From Octopus sinensis (taxonomy: Eukaryota), in NCBI RefSeq assembly GCF_006345805.1, contig NC_043009.1, positions 20,770,001 to 20,834,000 on the forward strand: a stretch of DNA of 64,000 bases, in the 5' to 3' direction. How positions within the stretch are numbered: position 1 is the first letter of the stretch; each line of letters begins with the position of its first letter. The notes below the pieces were generated by a model. The model saw nothing but the letters and a program-made list of their open reading frames with translations, had not been told where the DNA came from and made no database searches. The position numbers and the translations under genes were made by a program. Shown here in pieces: positions 1 to 12,002 of the stretch.

Positions 1-1609
1 AAATATATTACATTTGGGCTTCCATACAATTTCTGTCAATCAATTCCTTTCACAAGGCATTGGTTGGAAAACTTGCCAAAGGTGCCAGACATAGAAATAG
101 AATTCAAAAGAGAAGGAATGGTAAACTCCATACTTACAGTCATTACTGGTTTTGTTATTGGGCACGATGGGATTAGGAGCAGTAAACATTTTTATTCTAA
201 TGTCTTCACTAAAGCTATGAGATTGACTTGAAACAACAAGGAATAGTTTGGTGTCTTGGAAGCATTGGAACATAAAATCCTTGGAAGGATTGGAAGTCAG
301 AACATAAAAGACCATAAATACCACAAAATAATTATAGTCTGACCTCACCTTCGTTTTAAATGACTCCCCTTGAAGGACATTCCATATTTGACATAGAATT
401 ACTATGGAAAAAAAACTAAAGTGATTTTATTTTACCTTAATTGATGTATTTTAATGAGATCAAGTCTGGTAAGCTAGACACAGACAAGTTGAGCACAATG
501 GCCTGCACTCGTGACTTCATGGCTTTACGTTCTTTAGAAATGGTAATTGGTTCTTATTTATCGACTTCATAAAGATGAAAGGCAATCTTGAAGTCAGTAT
601 GCTTAGGGATACTGCTTCTAATGAAAGAATGCCTAGAACAATTATTTCCAAACTAATACATTCCAAATTCAAATACAAGACATTTTTCCGAGAAAATCTA
701 CAGATCCATGCATCTACCGCTCTCATAATAATATTCCCAAATTAAAAAAATTAGGGGAAGGGACGAGATATACACAACTTACAGTTGATCGACAGTTTTT
801 ATTTTTTTTGTATTAATCTCAGATCGATGTAAAACCATGCAATACCGAACTTATATATCTGTCCCGTATGACTTTCAAAGCGGGATACTGGATAGAGTAA
901 TACATCTCTGAAAGCCTGTCTGCAGAATAAGGTGAAATTCATTGGCAGTGGACACCAAAACTAAAAAGCTTACATTTCGTATTATTCAAATGCAATTAAA
1001 AGATTTGGAAGAATAGAAGAAAGTTCTCCGGTAATTTTCTTTCGAGTAAATAAATTTTTATGTTAACCTAAGAATTTGCCAGCAAAATCTTATAAAATGA
1101 CAATGTTTTTAAAGATGCACATGTTTATATGTTACAATATGAAAATAAGACATGTTGCAATTTAAATTACATGGAGAAACAAAAATATATTTGAGAAGTA
1201 GATTTACAGTGAAAGTTAAATAAATCACGGCCTTCTGTACTCAATGTTTTACAGGTATTTGTAGGTTAGTTTTCTTTGGTTTTCCCTACTGTGTCACAGT
1301 AGGATAATCCTAAACAACAGAACTAAGCACTTAATGAAATCAAACAAGTATGAACTAGGTCTAAACTTACGTCGTATCAGTAACAATGATAAAATATAAT
1401 ATATCATTTCTGCCATTTTTTCAAAACCTAAACATCAGTAGTTTGGAAAAATCCATTACTCAACCCCGAGTTTGTCAGGATTAGTCAAGTTTAACCTGAA
1501 CTCGTTTAATCGACCCCTGAGAAAACCATAGACATTGACTTCAACAGGATCTAAAGAGACAAATTAAATATGACAAGATTTTATTATCCAGCTCATTCAT
1601 GCAATAATT

Positions 1610-1745
1610 TGTAATATAGGTACAAAGCCAGTAATTCTGAGAGTAGCTGGATGAAAGGTAAAGTTGACTTCGGCGAGAATTGAACTAAGAATGTAGAGCC
1701 AGAAGAATATAGTAAGGCATTTTGTCCAATTATCTAACGATTCTA
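1610..1745 (-). mobile_element. Degraded tRNA-derived SINE (family B) fragment
   Basis: 'ggatgaaaggtaaagttgacttcggcgagaattgaactaagaatg' resembles the reverse complement of the head/B-box region of the intact copy at 23976-24206. Bounds approximate. Confidence 0.6.
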
Positions 1746-2697
1746 TCAATCTAGATAAAAAGTTATTTCACTTCATTTTATAAACGCTAAATCAAAGCAT
1801 TAAATCTTTTAATTAATTCTTTTAATTGCCCAAGAAATTACGCAAAGCAATTAAATTTTAATTATTGTGTTTAGTTACATAAAAATGTTTTCTGTAAGTT
1901 TCCTTTCCTTTTTGAAAACATAAGGGATTTGTTTGGACCCAGTATATAACAGATTTATTTTATCGATCCCAAGAGGATGAAAGATCATAGAGTTATCTTT
2001 AGAGAGATTTGAACTTAAAAAAAAAAATTAGCTAATTTCGTCCACGGCTGCTCTCTGATAATAATGACTGCTAAGTTTTAAGGATAGGTTAGCAGCAGGG
2101 AAAGGCGAAAATCAAGCCAGATGAGACTTGCAACATAATAAAGACACGTAATTAATTATTACAGGGCATCTTGTCAGCCGTTTCTCTTCTAACCAGTTGC
2201 CCTCTGAATTCTGACAACACCAACAACAAAACTATTTTTGTGCCAGTAAACAAGTCGTTGTCAAATTCACAACACATGGAAGGAGTGCATATTGTTGAGA
2301 GGGGAGGGGAGAAAAATTAATAACTGAAAGATGTTTTTAGAAAATCCTCCACTGAACACAATAACATTTTGTTAGCAAAAATGTCAGAGCTATGTGAAGA
2401 ATTTTTGAGAAACATGTCTCACTTCCCACGAGTTGTAAGGTGACAAAAATGGTGAGATGATTTCATTGGTTGATATTCACTCAGCTCATATGTTTCAGCC
2501 AATCAAAACGCAGCAAACCTGACCGAATTCTATCATACGTTACTACTAACATTTCGCTCTTGAAATTGCGCGCACAGAAAAATATTCAGAAAAAATATTC
2601 CGCGAAATTTATTGATGAATATTTTAAGGGAACAAGATTCTTTTTATTTTTTAAAATTTTCTAAATATACATATATTAACACCAACCCTCCGTGCAT

Positions 2698-2704
2698 GTG
2701 TGTG

Positions 2705-2744
<40 letters not shown>

Positions 2745-2750
2745 CGCATA

Positions 2751-2785
<35 letters not shown>

Positions 2786-2899
2786 TTTTGGCCTGCTCGC
2801 TTAGCCAGCGGGGTGGCGTCATTTGAAGTCTTAAACAATGCGAAGCTCATTGTGACCAGCGATGTGTAGCAACATCTGATATCCTGGTCGGTCACGGTG

Positions 2900-2973
<74 letters not shown>

Positions 2974-3039
2974 TATATTTAATGTACAATTGTTTTTATT
3001 ATAACAAAACATACCTCTCCCTCTCTAGATTATATATAT

Positions 3040-3071
<32 letters not shown>

Positions 3072-3072
3072 C
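2698..3072. repeat. (TA)n/(TG)n microsatellite cluster with a short interspersed repeat fragment (about 2790-2900)
   Basis: Directly visible dinucleotide runs; they explain the YIYI-type ORFs. Confidence 0.9.
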
Positions 3073-3542
3073 ACACGCGCGCACATTGTGTGTATGCATT
3101 TATGAGTATGAACGAACGTATTTATCTCTGTATATGTATATACATACACACCATTATGTATAATATACACATGATAGACATAAAATAATAAAATATACGA
3201 TATATAAATTAAACATAGGTATGATTATCAATGATACCATCACTTCCAGTGATTTCGGATTAAATCTAAGGTTCACTTTAATATTATCCCCTGCTCCCTA
3301 GGTGCCTTTCGGCTTATTCGGTTTGTGGCTATCTTCCACCCATTAAATCTCGGGGATGCTACGAGAAGGTCATAGCTATTACTTTCGCCTCTCATTAAAA
3401 GATTTTTTTAAAATTATATAATACATAGCTATATGTCGATATACGTTCGACTAAAATACTTCAGGGCAGTGCTCTAGTATAACCGCAGTCTAATAACTGA
3501 AACAAGTAAAAGATAAGCAGATTATGCCTGTATATGTGTGTA

Positions 3543-3715
3543 AGGCAGAGGGCTGGCAGAATGGTTAACACGCCGAGCATTAATGCTTAGAGGCATTTCC
3601 TTGACTTCTATCCCTTTCGAGGTCGAAGAAATAATTACCGGTTGGACACTGGAGTCGATGTAATAAACTAGTCCCTTCTTCCAAAATTCCAGGCCTTGTG
3701 CTTGACTATAGCAGG
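3543..3715 (+). mobile_element. Degraded tRNA-derived SINE (family B, internally deleted)
   Basis: Head 'ggcagagggctggcagaatggttaacacgccgagc' and the 'gaggtcgaagaaataattaccggtt...ctggagtcgatgtaat' segment match 23976-24206. Confidence 0.65.
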
Positions 3716-4049
3716 AATTATCATCATCGAAATATACATATTGTGCGTATGCATATATCATCACTAATTAACGTCCGTTTTCCCTGCTGGCATGGGGTGA
3801 ACTACATCATCATCTAACATCTATTTACGTTCACTCTCACATGCTCGCATGGATCAGACTGAATTTAAGGCAGATTTTCTATGGCCGGATGCCCTACGTC
3901 TCAATACTCAACTGTTTCCAAGTAAAGTAATATTTCCCCATTACCAGACACTTGGAAGATTGGAAACGAAAAATACCGCTTGCATAATGGTGACACCCGT
4001 TTACAATTATCATATGTTGTCAAGGCAAGAAAGCATTAACACACACGCT

Positions 4050-4195
4050 CACGAGAGGCTTCAAAATCCACTTAGACTATGGTCGGTCAGGGGTTATGGT
4101 AGAAGATACTTGCCCAGGGTGCCATGCAGTGGGGACTAAACCCAGAACCATGTGGTTGGAAATCAAACTTCTTACCACACAGCCATGCCACACCT
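4050..4195 (-). mobile_element. tRNA-derived SINE (family A), 5' part
   Basis: Reverse complement has the A-box-like tggctgtgtgg head and matches 36021-36439. Confidence 0.75.
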
Positions 4196-4197
4196 AT

Positions 4198-4390
4198 ATC
4201 ATCATCATTTCACATCCATTGTTCATGCTGGCATGGGTTGGGGGTGTGACCAGAGCTGGCAAGCTGGATGATAGGTGGGGCTGCACCAGAAACCACTGAT
4301 TTGGTATGGTTTCTATGACTGGATGCTCTTCTTAATGCCAACCACTTTAAAGAGTGGGGTGCTTTTTCATGGCATTGCATGGGTGTCGCT
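4198..4390 (-). mobile_element. RTE LINE 3' UTR fragment
   Basis: (CAT)n tail followed by 'catgctggcatgggttgg...ctggatgctcttcttaatgccaaccac', similar to the RTE 3' end at 39600-39783. Confidence 0.7.
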
Positions 4391-4403
4391 AACACACACA
4401 CAC

Positions 4404-5057
4404 ATATATAGACACAAACATCATCATCATCATCATTTTAACTTCTGCTTTTCTCTGGTTGGACACCAATTCCTAATGCCAACCACTTTGTGTGTGTGTT
4501 TGCACTGAATGCTTCTGTGTGTGTGTTTGTATTTGCATATCTGTCTTCTCTGAAAATTACTGACCTACAAGCAGTGACATAGTCATTCTCTTGCCCAGAA
4601 ACTGTGTGCAGGATAGGACTACACAGCCACAGCAGGAAATGTAAAAGCCGGACTAGACTATTTTATGCGCAACTCTATTGTCTTCTGAGACAAAAAGGAT
4701 GCCAACCACATATATATATATACACTTGTATATATGTGTGTGTGTGTGTGTGTGCTTGAATGTGTAGGTCATAAAGACCATAATAATATGCTGTATAAAA
4801 TTATAAAATAAGAGAAAATTCTGAGGATAAACAAGTCTCCATACTCTATATCATTATAATTATTGCTAATATATTCTCCAGATGATATTGTTAATATGTC
4901 CAGCGAAGTGAACACAGAATTACTTATCAGAAGAATTCACAGAGTGACTGACAGTCTTTAAATGGTGATCAATTTGAGCAATGTGGTTGGCTGTAACTTG
5001 GAACTTACCTATGAGCCACTACAGTAAGTGCCCAGATGATACATCCCTCAAAATTCT

Positions 5058-5089
<32 letters not shown>

Positions 5090-5473
5090 GAGAGAGAGAG
5101 ACAGACATAGAGATATTCATTTTGCTTGTTCATTTTTACATCCATTTATGCATGCATCACTAGAATGTGTTTATAATCGAGGCATTGTTTTATACCCGGG
5201 ATGCTCCCTCTGTTGCTAACCCTTACTTGGTTTCCATGTAAAGGATCTCTTCTACATTTTTGAAGGTAGAACATCAGCACACAGTTTCTGAACAAGAGAA
5301 TGACAATGTCACTGCTTGTAGGTCAGTAATTTTCAGAGAAGACAGATGCAAATACAAACACACACACACACACAGAAGCATTCAGTGCAAACACACACAT
5401 AAAGGAGTTGGCATTAGGAATTGGTGTCCAACCAGAGAAAAGCAGAAGTTAAAATGATGATGATGATGATGTT

Positions 5474-5486
<13 letters not shown>
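4404..5486. repeat. Inverted repeat, arms 4404-4609 and 5277-5486 (about 205 bp), spacer about 670 bp
   Basis: The arms are reverse complements including the (GAT)n tail and the flanking 'gtttgtgtctatatat'; a few substitutions. Confidence 0.85.
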
Positions 5487-5513
<27 letters not shown>

Positions 5514-5755
5514 ACTTGTGGCCATTCCACAAACCAGTCTAGTCTTGTAGGAAGTTCAAATCTTTGTCTGGATTTGAAATCAAAACCAGCTGCCCCTCCA
5601 TCCATCAATTTTAATGACTTATGAACCTACAAAATTATGCCTGATAAAAGACATTTTTTATGCATAAATTAGAATACACAACTGGACACCCCATCACATT
5701 CATGAATACATGCATATATGCCCATACACACATCTCAGAATACTATAGAAGTTCC

Positions 5756-5964
5756 TTAACCCTTTAGCATTCAGGTAACACATATTTATTCACATTGTTT
5801 TAATTAAGCATGCATTATCTCATAACTTTCGGATTTTGATGAAGGTGACTATTTTTTAAATTAACATTGTGGAGTACGTGTGAATGGCTGGATCTGACTA
5901 GTCTAAACATAAAACAGGTAGAACATTTTGGCCAGATACTGCTAGTTTAAATGCTAAATGTTAA
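5756..5964. mobile_element. piggyBac-like MITE
   Basis: TTAA at both ends (5756-5759, 5961-5964); imperfect TIRs 'ccctttagcatt' / 'aatgctaaatg'. Confidence 0.6.
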
Positions 5965-6120
5965 GTACCTAGGGTTTTGGGCAAAAGAAAAGTATTTTCC
6001 TATAAAATTTTAGGTCCATATGTAACCCCTGCCCTATTCCCAGATAATGTGTGTGTGTGTGTACATACTTTGCTTTATATATTGAGTTTTCTTCCTTCTC
6101 TCTCTCTCTCTATATATATA

Positions 6121-6352
6121 TATACTTTATTTAAAGCAGCGGAAAATTCAACAAAACTGTTACTCTGAGTTTCTCGTTGCCGTTCATCAGACAGTTTTTG
6201 CTAGAAAAACACTGTCTGATGAACGGCAACGAGAAACTGAGATAACAGATTTTGTTGAATTTTCCGCTGCTTTAAATAAAGTATATTACTCTACCACTGG
6301 TATTTGAGTACTCTTTTTTTCCACCTTGTTTCACATTTATGTGTTTACTCCG
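6121..6352. mobile_element. Penelope-like non-autonomous fold-back element (hairpin arms 6121-6195 / 6211-6285 plus tail)
   Basis: Near-perfect 75-bp inverted arms between (TA)n tracts, each carrying a hammerhead motif. An inverted pLTR plus a minimal hammerhead is characteristic of Penelope-like elements. Confidence 0.7.
6153..6198 (-). ncRNA. Type I hammerhead ribozyme motif (GUA cleavage triplet)
   Basis: Minus strand: AAAACUGU CUGAUGA ACGGCAACGA GAAA CUCAGAG UA ACAGUUUU. 8-bp stem I, canonical core, stem III ACUC-A-GAGU. Stem II is weak (A.A closure, 2 bp, GCAA loop). Confidence 0.7.
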
Positions 6353-6562
6353 GTATATATATATATATACATATATTATACATATATATAGATACATAGG
6401 ATAGATAGAATAGACAGACAGATAGATATGTATTCCATTTAACAAAACAGGTCAAACAAGCAATGGCCGACTAAACTGCTAGGTGAAACTTGAGGTCCCA
6501 GAAAAAAGCAAGTTTAAAATATATATAAATCTACTCTTAGCATTGAGTCACCTCATAAGTAA

Positions 6563-6662
6563 NNNNNNNNNNNNNNNNNNNNNNNNNNNNNNNNNNNNNN
6601 NNNNNNNNNNNNNNNNNNNNNNNNNNNNNNNNNNNNNNNNNNNNNNNNNNNNNNNNNNNNNN
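6563..6662. other. Assembly gap (100 N)
   Basis: Run of n characters. Confidence 1.
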
Positions 6663-7477
6663 CATTTAATATAAAATGATGATCTAATAATACGCAACAC
6701 AAAAATCGATGGAACCGCAAGTTTTCACCAAAGGACAGTTCATCAATATCTGTGCAGCAATAACCATTTCATTTCATTTTTTTTTTTTTTTTTACATTTT
6801 CAAAATAATTATTTATGGTAATTAATAAAGCAAAATTATCATAATTGCACCGGGAGTCCGAATATTGTCACTCGACCTGCTAGAAATAGTAGCCCAGCCG
6901 TTTAAAAAAGGATTCTGGGTTTCTTGCAGATAAGAAAAAAGGCAGGGTGGTCACTACTGGAATGCATTCGTTCGAGCGAAAACCGTCGAAATTTGGCAAA
7001 TATGTAGATTAGGCATGTTTAGGTAGTTGTGTATAAAACTGCATGTACACATCGTACATGTTTATGTACATATATACATACCACTAAGAGTAAAATGTAT
7101 AAAGTCATCAATAAAAATAAAATCAAGTCTTAATTAAGGATTTACTCTATCCAATTTAAGATAGAAGAGTGTAATTTGAGGATGTTTGGCTACTGTTATT
7201 AGCAGTTCGAGCGACAACAGAAGCTTTGTTAACGCGTAATAAAAATTCAGCTCAACCCTTGAGGGTAAAATATTCCAGCTATGACTATCCCATCTAGTTT
7301 TCAGAAGGAATTATGACAGATCAAGAGACCACCTAAAGAGTCTGTGATGTGGTGATAATAACGATGGTGGTGGCGGAGGTTACGTGATGACGGCGATAGT
7401 AGTAGTGATGATGATGCTGTCAGTGGTGTGGTGGTGGAAGAAAAGCAGAAAAATGAATGGAAGTAAATGTTACTCAC

Positions 7478-7594
7478 AACAATTGTGTTCGTCCGATCCA
7501 TTATCACAGTCTTCGAAGCTGTCACATAATGCATTCAACGCAATACACGTCCCATCGTCGCAGTTGAATTTATTCGAATCACACTCGGGTGTAA
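7478..7594 (-). CDS. Internal coding exon encoding one LDL-receptor class A (LDLa) module
   Basis: Acceptor cttattctttgtag, donor GTGAGT, 117 nt, phase 1-1. Translates (V)TPECDSNKFNCDDGTCIALNALCDSFEDCDNGSDEHNC: six Cys, F, G, CI and DCxNGSDE of the LDLa consensus. Confidence 0.88.
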
Positions 7595-8595
7595 CTACAA
7601 AGAATAAGATGTACGTATATACATATTATATACACACATATTATGTATATAAAAATCACACTTGTATTTTGGCAACATAATCAGTAAATTCAAAAATAAA
7701 ATATTGATCACATGGTTGCGATTTCCTTTCAATTCTAATATTAACAATACATTTCTATTTATGGAAAACTTATAAAATAAACAGAAAAATATTATGTTGA
7801 GGATAAGAGCCATAAAATAATACAAATTTACAAATATTTCACGAAGCGATGTCTTAAATATCTAAATAATACGGACATCACATATCACAAATGTAACTTA
7901 TGTATAAATGTGTGTATAAATATTAAGTGGGGCATAATTTAACTCAGTGTGTATATAATATACAGTACATTAAAGAATTAAAAGGAATCTACCCATACAA
8001 CACATAGTTATGAACACACATATATATATATATACACAGCTTACAGAACATCAAATAGAATTTCATAAATTCTATCTAGTTAACAAATTACATTAATGGA
8101 CAATGGTAAAATCCTTCATACGGTGGCATGTAACAATCTAAAAGATAGGAAAATGAACATCGCAGTGAGAAAATATTCCACAACATCACGTATTAGATGG
8201 GAATGGAACGGTTGAGGAAATTGAAACCGGTACTTTAATCGAACCCAGTGCGATGGAAAGGCTAAGTCAACCTTAAGCGAGGTTTGAACTCAGAATTTTG
8301 AAAGACGGAATTACCGCAAAAATTATAGTCCGATATTCTACTGATTTTCTCAAGTCAATCCACGGTTCTTCATATATATATATAATATATATATATAGCG
8401 AAGGTAAAGACTACACACATACATATATGGTGACTATACACACCCACACATTAAATTAACCAGTAGCTAATTCACCGACCTCACCCCACCAAAAATAATA
8501 TCTAAAAATTGCATATAAAAAAGAGAAAATACCAAATTGTTGAAATCTCGAGTAAAAATGAAATTTCAGAAGAAATATTTGTAGAAATTACTTAC

Positions 8596-8680
8596 CAGCT
8601 GATGTAGCTTGAAGAAAGATGAATAATGTTAGAAATGTTAAAATGAAATAGTAACTGAAAAGATGAGATAGCAGTTTCAT
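8596..8680 (-). CDS. First coding exon (signal peptide) of the LDLa-containing protein
   Basis: ATG at 8680. MKLLSHLFSYYFILTFLTLFIFLQATSA has a basic n-region, hydrophobic h-region and small residues at -3/-1. Phase-1 donor G|GTAAGT splices in frame to 7594 (G+TT = Val). Confidence 0.8.
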
Positions 8681-10603
8681 AACGTTTTGCAGTCGTCAGA
8701 AACCAAAGGAGGCACAAAAAATACTCGTAGTTAAGTATGAATGATTCAATGTAAGGTGAAGACAGTACGAGTTGTTGGTAGAACACTACAGATGATGAAA
8801 TCCACTCAAGGGCCTGTGTTTCTTTCTTTTTTTTTTTTTAATTAAAATAATCGCTGTTCAGTCTAGCTATCATCTAAAACAATCTTCTTGTTATTTAGAA
8901 AGATATAAATTATTTCAAATACTGATCACAATAATTAAAAGAAAAAGATGAGTCTGCTACGATGTTTTTTTAGGTTGACTGATATGTGAAGTCAGTCATT
9001 CAATAATCCACCTCAACAGCGTGTCTAGGGCCTGAGTGAATAACCGGTCTGTAAGGGGAGCGGGAAGAGATAATGCAAGAGTAGGAGAACGAGAAGAGGA
9101 AAGAGTAAAGCAAGGTGGGAGGAGTAATAGGCAAATGAAGAGAAAAGAGAGAGAGTGTGTTTGTGTGAAAGAAAGAGGGAGAGAGAATGTGTATTTAGTA
9201 TGATGCGTGTGGGTGTGTGTGAAATAGAGGATGTTAGTGCAGACAGACAGAATGTGTGTGTGTGTGAAAGAGAAAGCGAAGGAGGGAGAGAATATGTGTA
9301 TTTAGTATTGAGTATGTATGTGAGTGTGTGACTGAGGATGTTAGTATAGAAACAATGTATGCGTGTATGTTAGTGTGTGTGAGAGAGAGAGAGGGGGGAA
9401 GAAGAATGTGAGAGAAAGAAAAGAGAAGGAATGTCTTATCTCACGCTCTCTTGAGAGAGAAAGATAAGACGTGGAGGAAGAGAATGCGAAGGTAAGCCTA
9501 AAGCAAGGACATGAATAAAATGGTGTAGGTTTTCCACGTGTTTAAAATACTGTAAAATAATTTGAGTTCTTTTTCCGAAATAACAGTAAAATGATCAAAA
9601 CATTTTAAAAATTCTCTTTTGCTTTCTAAAATAACTTGTCTTCAATTCTAAATAAATGTATTGTATAAAGACAAAACTATTTAACGTAAATATTATTTGT
9701 ATAGATATTTCTTTATCAACAGTTTCGTTAAAACATTGATGACGCGCGAGGGAAAGACCGTATTAAGTAAGTCATTAATATTAATGAGATCAGGCCACGC
9801 TGCTATCCGGACTACTTATATGAGCTGACAATAAACGTACAAAATACGCCGTAAAAAACTCTTCAGCGATCACGCTACAAATTTTACAAATTCATTTACA
9901 CTTCGAAGTGATGAAACAACAAAGGATAAAATTCTACATACTTTCTATATTAAATAAAATTTCTTTTAATTAAATACTAAGTATTTATTTTAAATAAAAA
10001 TGCATATTGTTCCTGGCGAAATTTCCATCTGCGCGCACGAATACATAGCGAGGGTGTTAACTTCTATTATGTATTTACTGCTCAATTATAAAGTCTTCAT
10101 CACATTTCGGAGCAATGTCCCTGATAATTGGGGTTTTAATCTATTTTTCTTTCCCATATTTATAATTTTCAAATCACTTTTGTTGATTAGTGTCAACTAC
10201 TAAAAGGAAATAATTTAACTCTTGGGAAGAGTCAGAAAACAAAGTAATCTCTCTATATATAAAACTGAGAATGTGTCTGTCTGTCTGTGTGTTTCCCCAG
10301 AACTCGAGAACGACACAACCAATTTCATTCAAATTTTACACATGCCTTACTTAGGGTCCGGGGAGTGTCATCGTCAAAAAGTTTAAAAGTTAACTTTTTG
10401 CCTAGGGCGAGCCCACAGCAATATCATATCTTCTCCACTACGATTCCCTAAAACTTGAGAACTACACAACCAATTTCATTCAAATTTTACACATGCCTTA
10501 CTTAGGGTCCATGTAGTTTCATGAGCAAAAAAAAAATTTTCAACTTCTTGCCTAGGGCGAGCCCATAGCAATATCATATCTTTTCCACTATTTTAGTATT
10601 ACA

Positions 10604-11383
10604 CTAGCAGCATAGCACGGCGTTGCCCCTAAGAGCCCCTAGTAGGCAACGACTAATCTCAATCTAGTCCTTTCCCTCTAGGGAACGAAGGCGCATGTGT
10701 AGGTTGCAATGTCTTCTCTTCACTCCCAAATAACTATCAAACAGCTATCGATAATTCAACCCAACCAATTCCTACCAGGAAGAAATTACATTCGAAACTT
10801 TACCCCCAACACCGCCACTTCTGCTAATAGCTGCTGCAGCCGCAAGTTATTCGAATCCTTTTTTTGTTTACACTTTCTTTATAACTACCACCCCAAACGT
10901 TTTACCTTAAACTTTTGACGTACCCTAAGGGTCCTCGGACGCTACTTGTAAACTCTTAGTTTATTATAAACCGCTTTTGTCGTGTGCATCAAAAACCTTT
11001 TCCATTCGTTTGTTCAGTTTGGTCACTTTTGACTTTTTCGTTGTTGTCACTCACATTGCTGCCCGCTTTTTTGCCATTTTTGTACATTTTTATACATTTT
11101 GGGATACTTACCCCACGTGTTCCGAGAGTTAAAAAGGTCGAGTTGCGTCCCCTAGACAGTCTGTAGAAAATGTGTTGCATATAAAAAGCTTAGATTCTCG
11201 ACCCATGTCGAATTTATCGATTTTTTTTCAGAACTAGGGGAACTTTTCAAAATTTTCGCTGCGTTAGTTTTGAATTATGACATTGGGCTACGTGTGTGTC
11301 AAGTTTCATCAGAATCGGTTGAAAGCCGTGGTCAGGGTGAGGGTACAACCTGACAGACAAACTGCCGTTTATATATAGAGAGA
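10604..11383 (-). mobile_element. Non-autonomous Helitron-like element nested in the previous one
   Basis: Minus strand runs A|TCTCTCTATATATAAAC...GGGCAACGCCGTGCTATGCTGCTAG|T: TC...CTAG termini, inserted between A and T, no TSD. Confidence 0.75.
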
Positions 11384-12002
11384 TGTTAAAAGTGAAACAA
11401 AAACATTTCTCAATTTTATGTCAGATACTTTCACTTTAACAATAAAAATTAGAGATAATAATAACAATTGAATTATATGTAGTAAGTAATAATTAAAATC
11501 AAACTAAAGTATAATATAATCGTAACATAACAAAAGTAAAAATAGCAATTGGTATAAAATTGCATCAATGACTTGAAATTGAATAAGTGGTTTCACATGA
11601 ATGGGAATAAATTGAAAATAAAATTAGCGTGCAGAAATGGAATAGTCCAGATGGAGCTGTGCACATACCGTTTACCACGGCTTTTACATTAGATTATCTG
11701 CTAATTAGCTAGCATTAAGTATCTATATGAAGTTTGGCTGTATGTAATGTCTGTTTTCTCGAACAGCCGCTTCTACAGAGTTGGTACGTGTCAATTTTTC
11801 CCCTGTAAATATTGTTATTGTTACTGTGAATTATTGTTATTGTTTTTAAAAAGAACTTTTATTTGCTTTCTTTGAAAGCTATTTGTTGAAATTCCCCCAT
11901 GCGGGGGAATTATTGTTATATTGTGGCTCTTTAAGCTAATTTTTGTGAAAGGCTTTTGAAGCCAATTTTGTGAAAGGCTTTTTTAAGCCAACTTGTGGAA
12001 AA

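Noticed and set aside
1-740. Several 60-100-codon open frames on both strands and a possible 53-nt minus-strand exon at 349-401 (ILCQIWNVLQGESFKTK)
   Set aside because: No recognisable domain. The exon is phase-compatible with the LDLa exon and has plausible splice sites, but nothing else supports it; left uncalled pending RNA-seq.
1455-1550. Apparent minus-strand exon after a good acceptor (YPVEVNVYGFLRGRLNEF...)
   Set aside because: The sequence aligns to a CpG-decayed SINE family B fragment and runs into a stop codon.
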